A DNA stretch of 64,000 bases from Kudoa neothunni. Taxonomy: Eukaryota; Animalia; Cnidaria. Shown here piece after piece: positions 1 to 14,600 of the stretch; within the stretch, counting starts at the first letter, position 1; each line of letters opens with the position of its first letter. The notes beneath the pieces are model-generated. The model was not told the origin of the DNA and made no database searches. It was given only the letters and a program-made list of their open reading frames with translations. A program made the position numbers and the translations under genes. The stretch is from the NCBI GenBank assembly GCA_964304625.1, contig OZ199839.1:573970-637969 (forward strand), given 5' to 3'.

Positions 1-1583
1 TCACAGCAGAAAAACCTCAGGAAAAGGGAATTTTTCCACGTTAGATTCCAAAATTAAGGAGTGGATTGAGTTAATAAGAACTAATAATATCGAGTTCTCA
101 AGGGATGATATAATTAAAAATGCTAACGACTATTCATTTGAAGTTAAAAAACAACTTCTAAAGTTGATAGAGGTTGGTTTCAAGGCTTTGCTTCAAGAGT
201 TGGGCCGAAGAAGAACAAATTCACAGGAGAGTCTAAGAGTGTCGATCCTGAAATAGTTTCCTCTTGGAAAGATCAACTGTTAAAATTGATTGACAATTAT
301 GACCCAAAAGATATTTTTAATTAGAATGAGACTGAGCTATTTTATCAGCAAAGAAAAAATAAAATATACTTTAAATTTGTATCACAGTATGAAATTTGGT
401 GCATGGTTACGTATTTAAAAAGGAGGGAAACTTGCACGGTTCTAAAAATCGAAGAAGAGAGTAACTATTCTTGCCATTTTCTCGATGTTTTGAGAAAAAT
501 GACCGTTATTAATAATTGGAAATTATGAAAAATCTCGTTGCTTTCGGAAGATTAGGGACCTCCCACTTCCCTATTACGTAAATAAGAAAGCTTGAATGAC
601 CAGCTTGATTTTTTCAAAATAACTAACGGAGTGGAATCGTGAACTTTCTCGATGCAAGAAAAGTATCTTATTATTTGTTGATAATTGTCCAGCCCACCCA
701 ACACTAAATTTTTCAAACGTCCGACTCTTTTTTTTCCCATCCAAAACAACCAATGTATTGCAGCAATTGGATCAGGGAATTATTAACAGTTTTAAGTGTA
801 TTTTCAAAAATCATCTGACAAATTATTTTATAAATAAAGCCACTTCTAATTCCACGGATGTTTCTGATAACAATTTAAGTGATGATCCTCCAGACTTACA
901 TGAAGCTATGTATATGATTAAAGAAACATGGCAATTAGAGACTGACGAAACAATAAAAAGCTGTTTCAACAAATAATTCTTTTTTAATAACTGTGATTCA
1001 GCAGACATCATCCCTTCGTTTGAAAGGAATTTACCAGGAAATCAACTTAGAGACTGTGTTGATGAAGAAGAAATTATATCAATTAGAGACCCAGAAGAAG
1101 AATGTGTTAACTAGATAAATAATGGAGTCGACACAATGGATGAATCGTCTCCTAATGAAAATTATGAATAAACTACCATTATTTGTTCCATAAATGAAGT
1201 TACGAACATTTAAATAAATTGAGGAAATTTTTTTCGTTCACGATCAAGCTATGTTAGAAAATATAATCAAATTAGACTTTTTTATTTGCAACATAAGACG
1301 CGGTTCCCAAAAAACGATAAAATAACCGATTATTTCAAAAAATCTGCATAATTTCGAATTATTCTAGTTTATTCACCTTATATTTATTTTGTCGTGTATT
1401 TACTATTGATTTTTCCCAAATATATTCGAGTTGCCATTAATATGGGCGGGAAAATATGGTTGTTAAATACAAAATACAGCGGCGCGCGACTAACATTTTT
1501 CTCTCATTTTGCGCGCGCGGACATGGATACTACGCACCTAACTGTTTCGTCCCAACAAAGTGTGTAGTATCCCTGCACTACTG
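1..1583 (+). mobile_element. Decayed Tigger/pogo-family (DDE_1) DNA transposon, left end outside the window
   Basis: Frameshifted and stop-interrupted transposase remnants: YDPKDIFN*NETELFY (~298-345), ERVTIL (~455-470), QQLDQGIINSFK (ORF 758-976), C-terminal KITDYFKK (~1320). The right end reads ...CACTACTG|TA at 1583, the reverse complement of a CAGT terminus with a TA target site. Confidence 0.8.
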
Positions 1584-2520
1584 TATATACAAAACAGTTC
1601 GAATTTTTCGCGCAACCTGTGGTTTTTTTGACTTGGAGGACTTTATTGTAACGAATTAGTGAGGCAAATCAATTTTGGCTTGTAAAAATGATTTAGATAT
1701 TTTTTACCGAAAATATAGATAAATCAAATTCATTTGTAGCTTGATTTACAAATTAGTTTCCTACAGTTGGTAACCACTTTACGTAATCCCCTAGGGCAGG
1801 GAAAGATTAAAATAGTCACTTAACCAGTTGACTCCAGTTTGGATCGAACATGAATAATATAAATTGTATTTATATCGCCCTTTGGATATAATTTAGGCTA
1901 TAAACATTAGCCTTCTCGCAAAGCACATTCAAATCCTCATTATTATCGTCAGATCCACCAGAGCTCGATGTTGGGTTACTAAAATAATTGATATAAAATA
2001 TTTCGTTAGAATCAGTATCGTAGTCAGTGAGAAAAATCTTAGCAAAATCTCCTATGGGCTTTTGACAGCATGTTTCGGGTACATATTTTCCTTATTTTCT
2101 CAATATTCTGTGCACAGAATTCAACCAAACTCAACTATTAATTTCTTTAAATATTCTCTGATCATTTAAGATGATAAAAACCCTGAGGTCAAATTTACCC
2201 CAAAAGCACCAATTGTATGTTTTATATATATCGTTGTTTGTTCTACTTATTTTTAAACTCTAAATATTATATGTTATAGAAGAATACACCAGATATTACT
2301 ATTGTTAAATTCTTCTAGATATAGAAAACTTGTAATACAATAGTTTATGGGGTCAATTTTACTGCAGAAACACTCGGAAGGTTAAACTATAAAACTTCCT
2401 GTTCAAACCTATTATTATAAGGTGAATGACATAGATAAAAAGCAAACGATATATGTAGTGTCCAACTGACGAAGTCATTCTAGTCTTTTTAAATATTCTA
2501 TCTCATGATACAATATTTTT

Positions 2521-3545
2521 GCCTAAACTGCATTTTGGGGCGATTCATCGACGATGGTGGGGGAGGCACGCACCGTCGGTTTTATAAATGGGGTTTCAAT
2601 AGATAATATAGACAGTATGTTGATAGAAGACTTGTTTTTTCAAAATCCGATTTAAAAAACTTTTTAACATGTTACAAAACTTGGCGCTGTTGCCAAAAGA
2701 TAAAAAGTGTAATAAGCGTTGATCAGATATGTATTTGGTAAATCCAAAAAATGAAAATGATTTTTACATATTTTTTGCAACATTAGCAAAAAGTAATGTT
2801 CCAACAGAAACGGAACCTTTTTTGAAGGGTCACATTTATCGTTATTGCAGATATTTTCCCTAATGTATTTCAATCTAAATAACACAAATAAGTCAATCGG
2901 AACAATATGTAGACAGTTATGTATTGGTTCTGAGCATACTGTAGTTGTTTGTTTGGATGCAGTTTATCTGAGAAATTTACTCGGAGTAATTAGATACCCA
3001 CAGTGAAAAAATTGGTTCTCCTGGCTTGATTGTTCAAATCGACGAGTCCTTTATTTGTAGAAGGAAATACCACCATGGAAGAATTTTTGTTAATCAGTCT
3101 TGTTGGATTGTTACCATAGTTGGCTACAATGGTAATATTTTCCAGCAAATTACTGATGTTCGAGATAAACCTACGCTGGCAAATATCATATTGAGTAATG
3201 TTGAATTCGACTTGATGACATGGATGGATGATTGGAAGGGATACGAAGTTTTGATACACAAAGATGACTTCAAAAGAATGAATGGTGTTCCTACTAATCA
3301 TATCGAAACCATTTGGGGTGCATTGAAAAGAAAGTGTCGTCACATCACCTACAAGAGGTCGGAATTGATGGGTTCTTATCTCTGAGAACACTATTTCAAA
3401 AGAAAATTTACTCTTGAAACATTTAAAACATGTATATATTAACAACTGATTAATTGTAGCTCCTTTGATAATGTATTTTATATATTTTATTTGCGCGAAT
3501 TTCCTTGACCATCGCCGCAGAATCACTCCAAACTGCAGTTTAGCC
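2521..3545 (+). mobile_element. Merlin/IS1595-like (ISXO2-type transposase) DNA transposon, degenerate
   Basis: ORF 3026-3385 carries VQIDESFICRRKYHHGR and TNHIETIWGALKR motifs. Imperfect ~38-bp TIRs at 2521-2558 and 3508-3545. Degenerate 9-bp flanks aatattttt / gatatttta. Confidence 0.8.
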
Positions 3546-4251
3546 GATATTTTAAAATCCAATGCTACCGAATAATTGATGTTTGATGATAAATGAGAGA
3601 ATTGTTACTTATATTATAATTAGGGTTTGCAATTTTCGAGTTTTATTTTTTTTAAATAAAACTCGGCTATTTTCCTCCAACTCGAAGGTCAAAATCGACC
3701 AAAATAAATTTAATCGAAAAATCCCAACCCTAATTATAAATAATTTTGTGACTATAATCTCTCCTGATATTTGATATATTTTTTAACTATTAAAGTGCAC
3801 GTTCAATCTAATAATTGTGTGTCCTTCTTATGGGTCGTTTACTTCTCAGGTATTTTTTATATGCTGTTAGCGATCTTTGGTATCAACAAAATTATTAGAA
3901 TCTATAGTAATGTTACATTTTAAACTTTTTTATAATTATGTAGGTCCGAATTATTTTCCCCGTATAATTGCAGAATAGTGACGAACATACAAAGTAATAA
4001 GGCTGGTACGTAATGGAGTCTCATTACGTAAAATCGCTTTATTACATACATAACATGTTTTCTATTTGTTTTTACAAGGAAATTTTTTATTTATTTGATA
4101 GTTAAAAACATTTACTTTATTATAAATGAGATTTTGAAAATTCAAATTTAGTTCAGTGTAAAAATAATGGTGACTACGTGTGAACCATGTAACGTACGGG
4201 TCCCGTTGCATTATATATCCATTAAATATTTTATCATAACCTGTTTATATA

Positions 4252-5314
4252 CAGTAAACTCTCGATAATGCGTAACATTTTGGAACCAGGTAAAAGTTAA
4301 GCAATGGAAAGAAATGCACATGCGCAAACAATACAAATAATTATTTTTCAGGGTATTTATTTATTTTTTGATTTCCCCTGTTTGTTGACTATTAGTTGAA
4401 ATTAATGATTGTAAGTAGAGGTCGCTGTTTTTGATTAAGATCGATTTTAGCCGTCAAATTTTTACAAATATTTCATTGTTTATTTTCTAGGAACATTCGA
4501 AATCTTCCGAATAACTTCAAATGGGTAACAACCGGAGAGAAATCTATAGTTTTCTTGTTGAAAGGATCGACTCGGATAAGGTGGAAAATGAACTAGCCTT
4601 TAAATATTGCAAAGTGAAATTATTCCTATAACAAAATAGAATTTTCGATCAAATAATGTCAAAGAAACATATATAGTTCAAAAAACAGTTCAAAACGCCT
4701 CTCTGTCAGGAATTTTTTGGAGATAGAAAAATAGAAAAATTTAGAAAATCAAGGTTCCTTTTGTGTTCTTGGCGTTATTCAGATTCCACTTTTTGAGAGA
4801 AAAGTCTTATGCGATTATTTTTTCTAAATCATCTAAAATTTCAAGTGCACATGCGCACTGAAAGCCCAGCAACAATAATCGTTGGATTTCTTAAAAATAA
4901 AGTCGATAATGGCGACCCATAGTTATAAGTATTATAACCAAAGTTAATATAAGCGCAATCAGCAACAAAGTGGTATGGAATCACCACCTTTAAACTATGA
5001 CTCGAAGCTTCTAAATCTATCCGCAACTATTCATTGCATTTAATGTTTGATTATTTCGATTTTATCTTCAATTTTTCTCTGATAACGAGTCATTTTAGAT
5101 ATTTGTTGTAAGCATTTTGAAGATCAAAAAGATTAAAATCAACAAATTGAGTTATGGGATAATAAGAATATCAATTTTTTTACATCTTATTTAAGGTTAA
5201 ACAGCCAACAATAGATTTCCGACTTGGTATATTATTATTTTCTTCCTTATCAAGATAAAATTATCAACAAATATGAGAAAATATACCGAGTTACACGGTA
5301 TCGAGAGTTTGATG
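4252..5314. mobile_element. Non-autonomous Tigger/pogo-type element
   Basis: TA|CAGTAAACTCTCGATAATGCGTAA at the left end and TTACACGGTATCGAGAGTTTGATG|TA at the right end form an imperfect TIR with TA flanks. No intact ORF. Confidence 0.65.
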
Positions 5315-5973
5315 TATGATTAGTTTGAAAAATATACAAAAATTAAAGTTTTTTATATTTTTTTACTATTAATGTAACTCCAACTTATTTTATTCAAAAT
5401 AAATTGAATATTGAAAAACAAATGACGACAAACCAGTATAAAATATTTATTGTGTAAGTATAATTAATTGTTACAGAACTAAAATGGCTCAATTATAAAA
5501 ATTTACGAATCAATCTGTTTAATATTTAATAATAGAACTTTTTTGAGTCTTATTAATTTTCTCTAAAACAGTAGACAGGTTCGAACAACAAAACCTGATT
5601 TTGTATCACTGCAAAAATTTTAATGTCGGAATTTTTACATAATTTAGCTCATAAATTTGTTTTTTTATTAATAATCGAACATAAAAAAATTATAAACTAA
5701 AAAAATGTATTTAGAGATTAAAACTATTTCATTTATTACACAGATATTAAATCAAAATATATTGATGAATAACCATTAGGGAGAATTTTTTTGTTTATTC
5801 ACTTTTAATTTTTAATACTATGAATCTTAAAATATTAAAATCAATCGAAAAAATGATTTAATTAATTGAACTATGTGAATAATCCAAGGATTTACTTCAG
5901 TAAAAGCGATAACAAGACATCCTAACGATCGTCATCAAATTAAAATGCTGATATACTTTAGAATCTCTTAAAC

Positions 5974-6590
5974 TAGTGTTTTCCGACCTTTTTTATATCG
6001 CGCCCCATCTTTTTCCAAAATATCGATTTATTTAACTTAAACTGTTTATAGCTTTGAATAAGTCTCCTTATAACATTACAATTAGAAAGCAATTAATGTA
6101 TACTTCTTTTTTCATTAAAAGTAAAATGTATTCGATCATATCTAACTTAATTTATCGATGGAGCTTAAAGATTAACATCTTTAGTTCTTCATTCCGTCAA
6201 AAACGGCGTCAAATGAAACTCGCGGCAATCCAACCTTCATTAGGAACGACTTTCGTGTATACGGGGCTAATAAACGAAAAATAAATAATATAAACACAAA
6301 ATTAATCAATATTATGTTAGGTTAATCCAAACAAGGGTATACATAATTCTAAATGAGGCTAGTTTGAGATTCAAACTATTCTGATTCTGTTCGGATGAAG
6401 GACACGTTAAATATTATTCTTATTAAATTTTATGAAAATGGTCATTGTTTTTTGTTTTTTTTTGATGTTAATCGTCACTTAAAAATAAGCGATATTGACT
6501 TCAAATGACATTATACTGCCCAATTATCTCATCGTTATCAGTGCCACACCAATACTCAGGATTTTCCACGTCCACCGGTGAGGAACACTG
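5974..6590. mobile_element. Possible hAT (Charlie-like) MITE
   Basis: Ends TAGTGTTTTCCGACC and GGTGAGGAACACTG are imperfect inverted repeats. The 8-bp flanks tcttaaac / ccataaac match only partly. Confidence 0.45.
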
Positions 6591-8625
6591 CCATAAACAT
6601 TCTTAGAGAAAGTTGAACCAAGTTTAATCCAAAAAAGTATTCGACTGCAAAGTTATCTCTATAAATCCATTAGCGAAAAAAAGGTTAAGTAAACGATTGG
6701 CTCATTAAAGTATAAATATGATTTAAATTGTTCTACGTGTTTAAGACATTAAGTAACTTTATCCAGGGTCATTCTTTAATTCATTCGGTACTGATTTAAT
6801 CCTCAACAATGTCATTTCCATCAAAAAAGCTGGTTGACGATTACTCAAAATTTGTTTCTGATATTAGATCAAATTCATTGCGGGAATACAGTAACGATCT
6901 GATACGTCAAAATCTGAAAAAACTATCATTTCTGTTTGCATTTAGACCTTTTTGACTTATTCGCACTCAAATTGTGATCCATTTAATCAAAAATTCTGGT
7001 TTCGATGAAGTCGTTTGTTCACTAAAATTCACAAATGTATTTTAATTTATATTTATTTTTTACTTACTCTCTTACAGTTAACATCAGATAAGTAAATTAA
7101 AGATAAATATCTATAATATATATTTTTTAGGCTGATCTATAATATACTACCCACTTTTATTAGGGGAATAAAATGAAGATCTTTTGATCCTGATTTAGAC
7201 AAAAGTATTCTTCATTAGAAAATCATTATCACAAAAATATGGTGATTAATCGATGTATCAACAAATGTCCAATCAAATTAGTTATGTCTAATTTATAAAT
7301 AATTAAGAGTAGCATGCATTCATCAAAATATTGGTTTTTTGATTACAGTGAACCATGGAATCAAACTGGTTCAATTTAAAAGGTAAAACTGAGAGACAAA
7401 AACATTGTATCAAATAAATTAAAATAAGCATTCGTTTCAGACCAAATCATTCAATCGTTTTGTGATAATAACACAATATGACAAAATACCTTTAAACCCA
7501 AAATAGACTAAACAGATAGTTTGACTCTAATTATTTATGTTTTTAATAGAAAAATAAGAGGTGCTAAACTTCGTTATTCTTTTTAACTGAGAATAAATAG
7601 AACTGTTTTAAGTTAATACAAATTTTATTTTTTATCCCTGACAATAGAGAGAGCAAAATAAAACGAATACAGAAACACAGTTCTAGGTGTGCCCCAACAA
7701 TAGACATTGAATATGAATGGTTATTAAATGTCTATTCTTATAATTAGATTGGGAATGTATAATGACTATGCTACGATCCAAATAGGCCATACAACAACTA
7801 AATTGAATATCCATGTACGATGTGAATTGAAGGATAATATTAAGGTTAATAATTTCTATTTTAAATTCCTCTTGACGTTAGATGCGTGTTTAATTACAAT
7901 TTAAATTTTCAATTAAATATACGAAAAAAATTATTTTCTAATTTTTTTTCAAATTGTGTGAGTCAAAATTAAGCTTAAGGTGAATTGTCGTTAATAAAAA
8001 TATCTCATAATTTAAGAATACTTAATTGATGAGAAGACGTCAGGTTTAATGAAATCGTCCTTTATACAGAAGATTATTTTCGTATTTCTAGGATTATGAG
8101 ATTTAAATATAATCAGAATATATAAGAATTGGCCCATCTTCAAGCGTGATAACGAACTAAAGTAGCTCTTAGAAATTTTTATTCTTTAACAAAATATGGC
8201 CAACTTATTTAAATGATCTATGAAAGAATGAATCGTGTTTTGATCTTGAAATCAATCAAGTATATTAGTTATTGATTTATAGAGGGGGTGGAAACATTAT
8301 ATTTTGCAAAACTTTTACCTATCGTTTAAATCTTCATTATAGCTGTATGCAATAAAATTAGAGAAAAAATAGCACTCAAAATGCTTAAATACATTTTTTT
8401 AAACCACTTGTAAATGGTTGATTTTTATACATTTTAAACGAACGTTTGAATTTTAAATATCAAATAACCAGTCGTATAAGAAATAAACTGATTAATAATG
8501 TTTAGCAATATTGAAAACACCCAAAATCTTTTCGGTATTACGGTTGCTTTAATTGATCGTTTTGATAGAAATTTACTTATCTAACGTTGAAACTGGAAAA
8601 AATACAGTGAAAATAGCAGTGAAGG

Positions 8626-11600
8626 ATGTATGACGTCAAACTGATCGCTCTGGCAGTGTTTTTACAAGTTTTGTCATTCCCACCAAATACAGGTAATTAT
8701 AACGCAAAAAACAGGTTCGCTCATATTCTGTTGCAAGTTGGGTCCAATGTTTATTCTAATTATTTTATATAGTTTTTATTGAATGCAAACTAGCTAGTGT
8801 TATCCCTGTATATAAGGATAATAGGATGAAGTTAACTTTTCCAGAACTGGACCAAGATTCCAATAAGTTATGCCCTTACATGTTACATAAAATTAAAGAT
8901 GGTGAAGAAACTTTATTATCAAAATGTTGGATACTAAAAAAAACTTACTATCATAATGGATGCAAAAGATTTGAAAAATGCGTTCTTATATCTAAGGATA
9001 TTGGAGATGCAAATCATGTGGCTTTTACTATGAAGTTTGGGCCAAGCAACGTAGAACAAAAAATACATGCATTTAAAAGTAGATGCTTGTGATTGTTCCG
9101 CAGCTAAGATAATTATAGATCTTATTCCCTTGAAAACCAATTCGAAGCCATTAGGGTCAAACAGTTACCATATAGAAATAAAATCACCCCAAGTTGCTCA
9201 GTACAAGGCCCCTTGCATTTGGAAACATAATATATATGACGAGAAAACAAAAACGGAAAAAAAAGTAGATAAATGTGAACTTTACAATGATGAAAGCTGC
9301 ATACAAAGAACCATATGTGATAGCCTAAAATTTAATGATCTCACAAGAAAGGATACACATTATATTTATGTTAAAGCAGTTGGATTAAGTGATTATACAA
9401 AAATTATCATTGAAAAAAGTAAATCAATATTTTATTTATTAGTTGTAAAGGAGGGATTATAATGGTTTAAAAAGTGAATATAATTTTTATAAGTTGTATA
9501 ATAATAATTATTAAATTCCTTAGTAATTTTTAGTCAACATTCTCTAGAACAAAGTGAATAAGTGGTAACTTTATTTGTTGTTTAGATAAAGTTACAGCTA
9601 CCATAGCATATAGCTACATTGCAAAGACATTAACAATAGGTTTAACGTATAGCGAAAACGTACCCAAAGATAATTTACACTACATATTGGAACAAATAAT
9701 TGTCTCAGATGGTCGCAGCTCGACTACAAATAAAATTTCCGAACATACTACTCCACTTCTACCAAGAAACAAAAAATCACTCTTCAGAATCCCAAATATA
9801 TCTAGAACTAACACCTACAGATTAACTATCACAGAAAATGACGTTCGTAAAGCAGTTATAAAAACGATCGAAAAAGGCATATCTTTTAACTATTTTAACC
9901 AATTTCTAACTTATTTTTAGTTGATGATTTTGATGTTACATATGAAGTAAAGTATGAAAAAAATAAAATTCATATCCTAAGTGAAATTATGGAGAATATA
10001 TCCCCTCTTATTGTGAAGTTTGAATATGGATTCTACTTGGATAGTGAAAAATCCAATGAGCCTAAAAATATGATACAAATTAGGGCAAAATCGCTTGGTA
10101 AATCCAAATATGAGTTTACGATCGACAATCCAAATCCACACAAATTCTCAATGATGAAAATAAGAGCTGTAGGTATATCGCAATATGAAGTTCTGAAAAT
10201 GAAGCCAGGTTAGTGACGTAAAAGTACATCAACTTAATTTCTTTAGCTGCACCAATGGAGGTTACTTATTTACCAAACTTTGAGGGGAAAAACCTTCATT
10301 TAAAAATTCAATGTTCAATAGATATAAAAAGTGCTAGTGTTGAATATTTGCTAAAACCAACAGGTAAATTTTTGGTTTCCATTTATTTCAACAATAATTT
10401 ATTAAGACGGCGAAAGTCCCCCTAAACCAGGTAATAAAGTGGACAAGACCGTTGAAAAACCTAAAGATCCCGTTAATGAAAAAGATAAACCTAAAGATCC
10501 TGCTACTGAAATAGATAAAACAAAAGTATCAAACCTCGAAAGCGATGAATCAAAGAATCCTTCTGGGGGAAACATTAAACCTGATGAACCATCTGCTGGA
10601 AATGAGGAACCTAAAGATCCTGCTAGTGAAAAAAATACACCCAATACAACTGGTAAAGATTCTGGGCCCAATAACTCAAAAGGTAAATTAAAAGATAATA
10701 ATAGTAATATAATAATTTGAATGTCCAGATAAAGAACCACTGAAAGCGAAAATAAAAATCATTAAATTTGTCAATAAAGTTGGGGAATTAATGATAGAGG
10801 ACATTGACCGATCGATGGATTATGATTTAGAAGTTAGGATAATTGATTACACCGAGAAAAAAGTATTAGCGATTAACAAAGGTAGTGTTTGGCCATGATA
10901 TTAAATTAATTTCGATTTCAGGACTATTACACAAGCTTAATAATCTGAAGGTTAAGCCTAGACTGGAAAAAAATAACTTGATTATTGATATGGACATCGA
11001 ATTGAACGCTAATAAGATAAAAGTTGATTATATTTTAAAACCTACAGGTAAGACCGCCAACGAAAAAGATAAAAAGAGTGGAAATGTTATGTTGGTAATA
11101 ACCAAAAATACAGCAAGCTTTACAATAAAGGATTTCAACCCCAAAATCGAGCATGAGCTTACTCTTTCATTTAGATCAGTTAAAAAAATTGAAACAATAA
11201 AAATTCCAATGGGTAGTTAGATTTTTATATCTTTTTTAATAGTTATGACAGAGTTAACTTCCGGTGCAACAATACAAGGTAAATTTCTGAAGGATACGTT
11301 AACTGTGACAGTGAAAACTAAAACCGACATCAAAGATCCATTAGACATAAAGTATACTTTAATGAACAAAAATATGAAAGTGCCAAGCGAACATATAACA
11401 GTGGCAAAAAAGAAAGTTAAAATCATGAAAAAGCAAATAATTCAAGTGTTTGAGAAGATTGATAGAACCATTGATCACACTGTTCGAGTAACGTTATCCG
11501 CATTCCTAGGCTCTGCTGAAATTAAGATTCCAAAAAGTATATTTTTATTTATTATTTTATCTGTTATACAACAGGTAACCGATTTTCCGTAACTTTCTAT

Positions 11601-14600
11601 GTGCGCATACATAAAAGTAAATCTATCCTAAATAAATTAGTTTCGTTTATACAATCATCTACTTTTATTGAAGCAATATATTATTTTATGTTATTTGTAA
11701 GTATATTTATAAATGTGTATGTCGTAATTTTATGATATTAACTCATTATTTCGTCCATATAATCAATTCCTCTCTGCCGTGTATTTATTCTGCATGTTTA
11801 AATATTTAAATACATCTTTTTCTGCCAGAAATTCTACCACCCCTTCATCTTCAGTTTCAGAATTCGTAGATTCAACAATCAAAGGAGTAAGCTCGTTAAA
11901 TTATTTTGATGTAGGCATAATGGGCTCCACTTGAATAATCTCGGAATCTCCAGCTAAGAATTATTTATTGCTAAAATTAATATTTGATGAAAGCTCGCAT
12001 TCATTGACTGCGGGAAACTCAATTTTTCTGAAGCAGTTAAATACAATATTCTCTGAAACATCGTCTCATGATTTTTAATTAGGAACAATGTTTGAAGTTA
12101 ATCTTTGGAGGTCGGATTTATATCACCGCTAACTGCAACAATATGACTTTCTATTCAATTACTTTTGTAATTATGTTTTAATGAGAAAATGATTCCATGG
12201 TCTAATAGTTGTAAAATGTTACTTGAATTTTTTGGAAGGAATACAAGAAAGATTCATTTAATGTTCTCTAGTCATCCATTCTTTCCTGTTTGATTTGTAT
12301 TTTACTAGAAGTGTTTTAGCATTTTTAAAACAATGTGGTTTTTGTGATTTCCAATCTCAAGAGACTCAATTCAACCTCCAGGCATAGATGCATGCAGCAA
12401 AACAGTAAATATTTTTTAAATTTTTTTCTCTCAACAAAACCTAGCATTAAAAATAATGGACCTGTTTGTTTCTAGGAAAATAATGCAGTTTCGTTAAGAT
12501 TATAGATACAGCCATCGTTGTTAACTTTGACTTAGTCATTCAATTTAGATTACCGATTTTCTACAAAACTTTAGTCAACAAAAGAAGCGTCACCATGAGC
12601 AGTGATATTTTTAAATTAAATCGCGATTTAAAATCAAGAAATCAATCATAGGTCATTACTACGCTTAGGTTCGATTCTTTTGTCAATCGGTTTCTTTCAT
12701 GTGATACTATGAGGAGATAGTTCAATTTTTTTATCTCAGGTAATTCACCCAGTCATATACTAAAGTATCGATGGCGTGATTTGAACACTGTTTCAAATTT
12801 TTTCTCTCTGAAGAAGCCAAACCAGTTTATAAGATAAAACTATATCTCCAATCCTTACCAAGATATGTAGAGTAAAAATAGAAGGAAGGTTAATTTTATA
12901 AAAAGTGGTTTTTTTGCCCTCCTGTTTAGTACACTTTAAAAAAATCATTAAATTTATATTTTAGTTTTATTATTTCTCTATTTTTAAATTTTCCAGGTAT
13001 TGTAAATATAAAAATGGCACACCGGCTAAGCCGTCTATGGCTAGAAAGTTACGGAAAATCGGTTAAGTGATAATACAGTAAGGAACCAATTTCACGTAAT
13101 GCCCACGGGACCACAAAAAAGTGCGTCAAATCGGTCACATACAATTTCATGCATTTGTGTGCGAAATTATTTCAGAAAAAATTGACATTTAATAATGATT
13201 AAGTTGCGTTTAAAAAGATCAGTTGACTATATAGTAAGTCTAAAAGATAATTCAAACTTGAGAAACGTATTAACAGCACTAAAATATTTTTTAATGATCT
13301 ATGAAATGCTCCCCCTGTTGCTATTGGTAGAATAAGGCAGTTTCATCTATAATGTAAATAGAATTTTCAGAGTATCTGTTAAAAAATGTTCTGATTTGAT
13401 TGGTCTTCTCTGAAGTAGTTTCAGTTGTAGCATCAGAAGATCAGCTAATAAAATTTGATTTTTTAATATTGGACCTTTTTTTTAAACGACGAAACCCCCA
13501 ACGAATTGCACATGAAGATAAACATTTTTCTTTGGCTAATTGATTTCTCTTGATGATTATCGTGACGACACTTACTACAATCTTTTTGCTTCGTGTCCAT
13601 TCAATCTACCCATATACATCTTCATCAACAGAATGAAATCGTCCTGCATGCAAATAATTTCGATTTTAACATTCCAAAAACATTTATAGGTTTTGATTAT
13701 TTTATTTTTCATCTCTAGGATGCCATTAGGAGTCGAGATAATAGATATTTTAAAATGTGATACAGTGGCAGTTTTTTGATCATTAGAATGGAGACTTTCA
13801 TAATAATAAGTAATATTGTATTTTTCGACAATAGGTATAATTATAGGAGTTTTTTGGAGTTAAATCTCGACTTAATCAAATAATAAACAAGTAGTACCCC
13901 CAAAAAGTGTGTGAAATTGGCTAATCACGTGACTATTAATTACATTATTTCGCAATCTTTTAAAATAATTCTTATACAAATTTTGATTGAAATATTATAA
14001 GAAACATATTATATAAACAGTGACTAATCGATACTCTAATTAGATCGATTTTTAAAAAGTGCATGAAATTGTTTACTTACTCTCATAGGAAAAAACCACT
14101 TTCCAATGCCCAACTTTAAAACATTTTGTAAATTTTTATTAAAACCGGCAAATGAAATAACATATATAGTTTAAAATATAAAAATAATATTTTAAGGGAA
14201 GAAAGTCTGAAGTTACCGAAAATCGGTTACGTACTGTATATTACTTTGACTTTACGCAGTTGCATTTAGATATTGAAATACTGTTTATGTATGACGAATT
14301 AATAAGAAAACATATTTAATGCGATTTTACTATTAAAAATTCCTCTAACATAATTTTATCATGTGCCATACTATCTTTAAAATCTTTTGAAATACTCTGC
14401 TTTTTCATCGTTTTCCTTCAATCATAATAAAACTTTTCATTAATATCGTATACATCTTAGGAATAAACATTTCGGAGTTTTCACAGAATGAAAGCTAAAC
14501 GGAAAATTCATACCTTCATAGTAAATTTATTTAATATAGGGTGAAAAAATTTATTTATGATTATTTTAATTTTGTTAATTTGTTAAAAATTGTAATCTAC

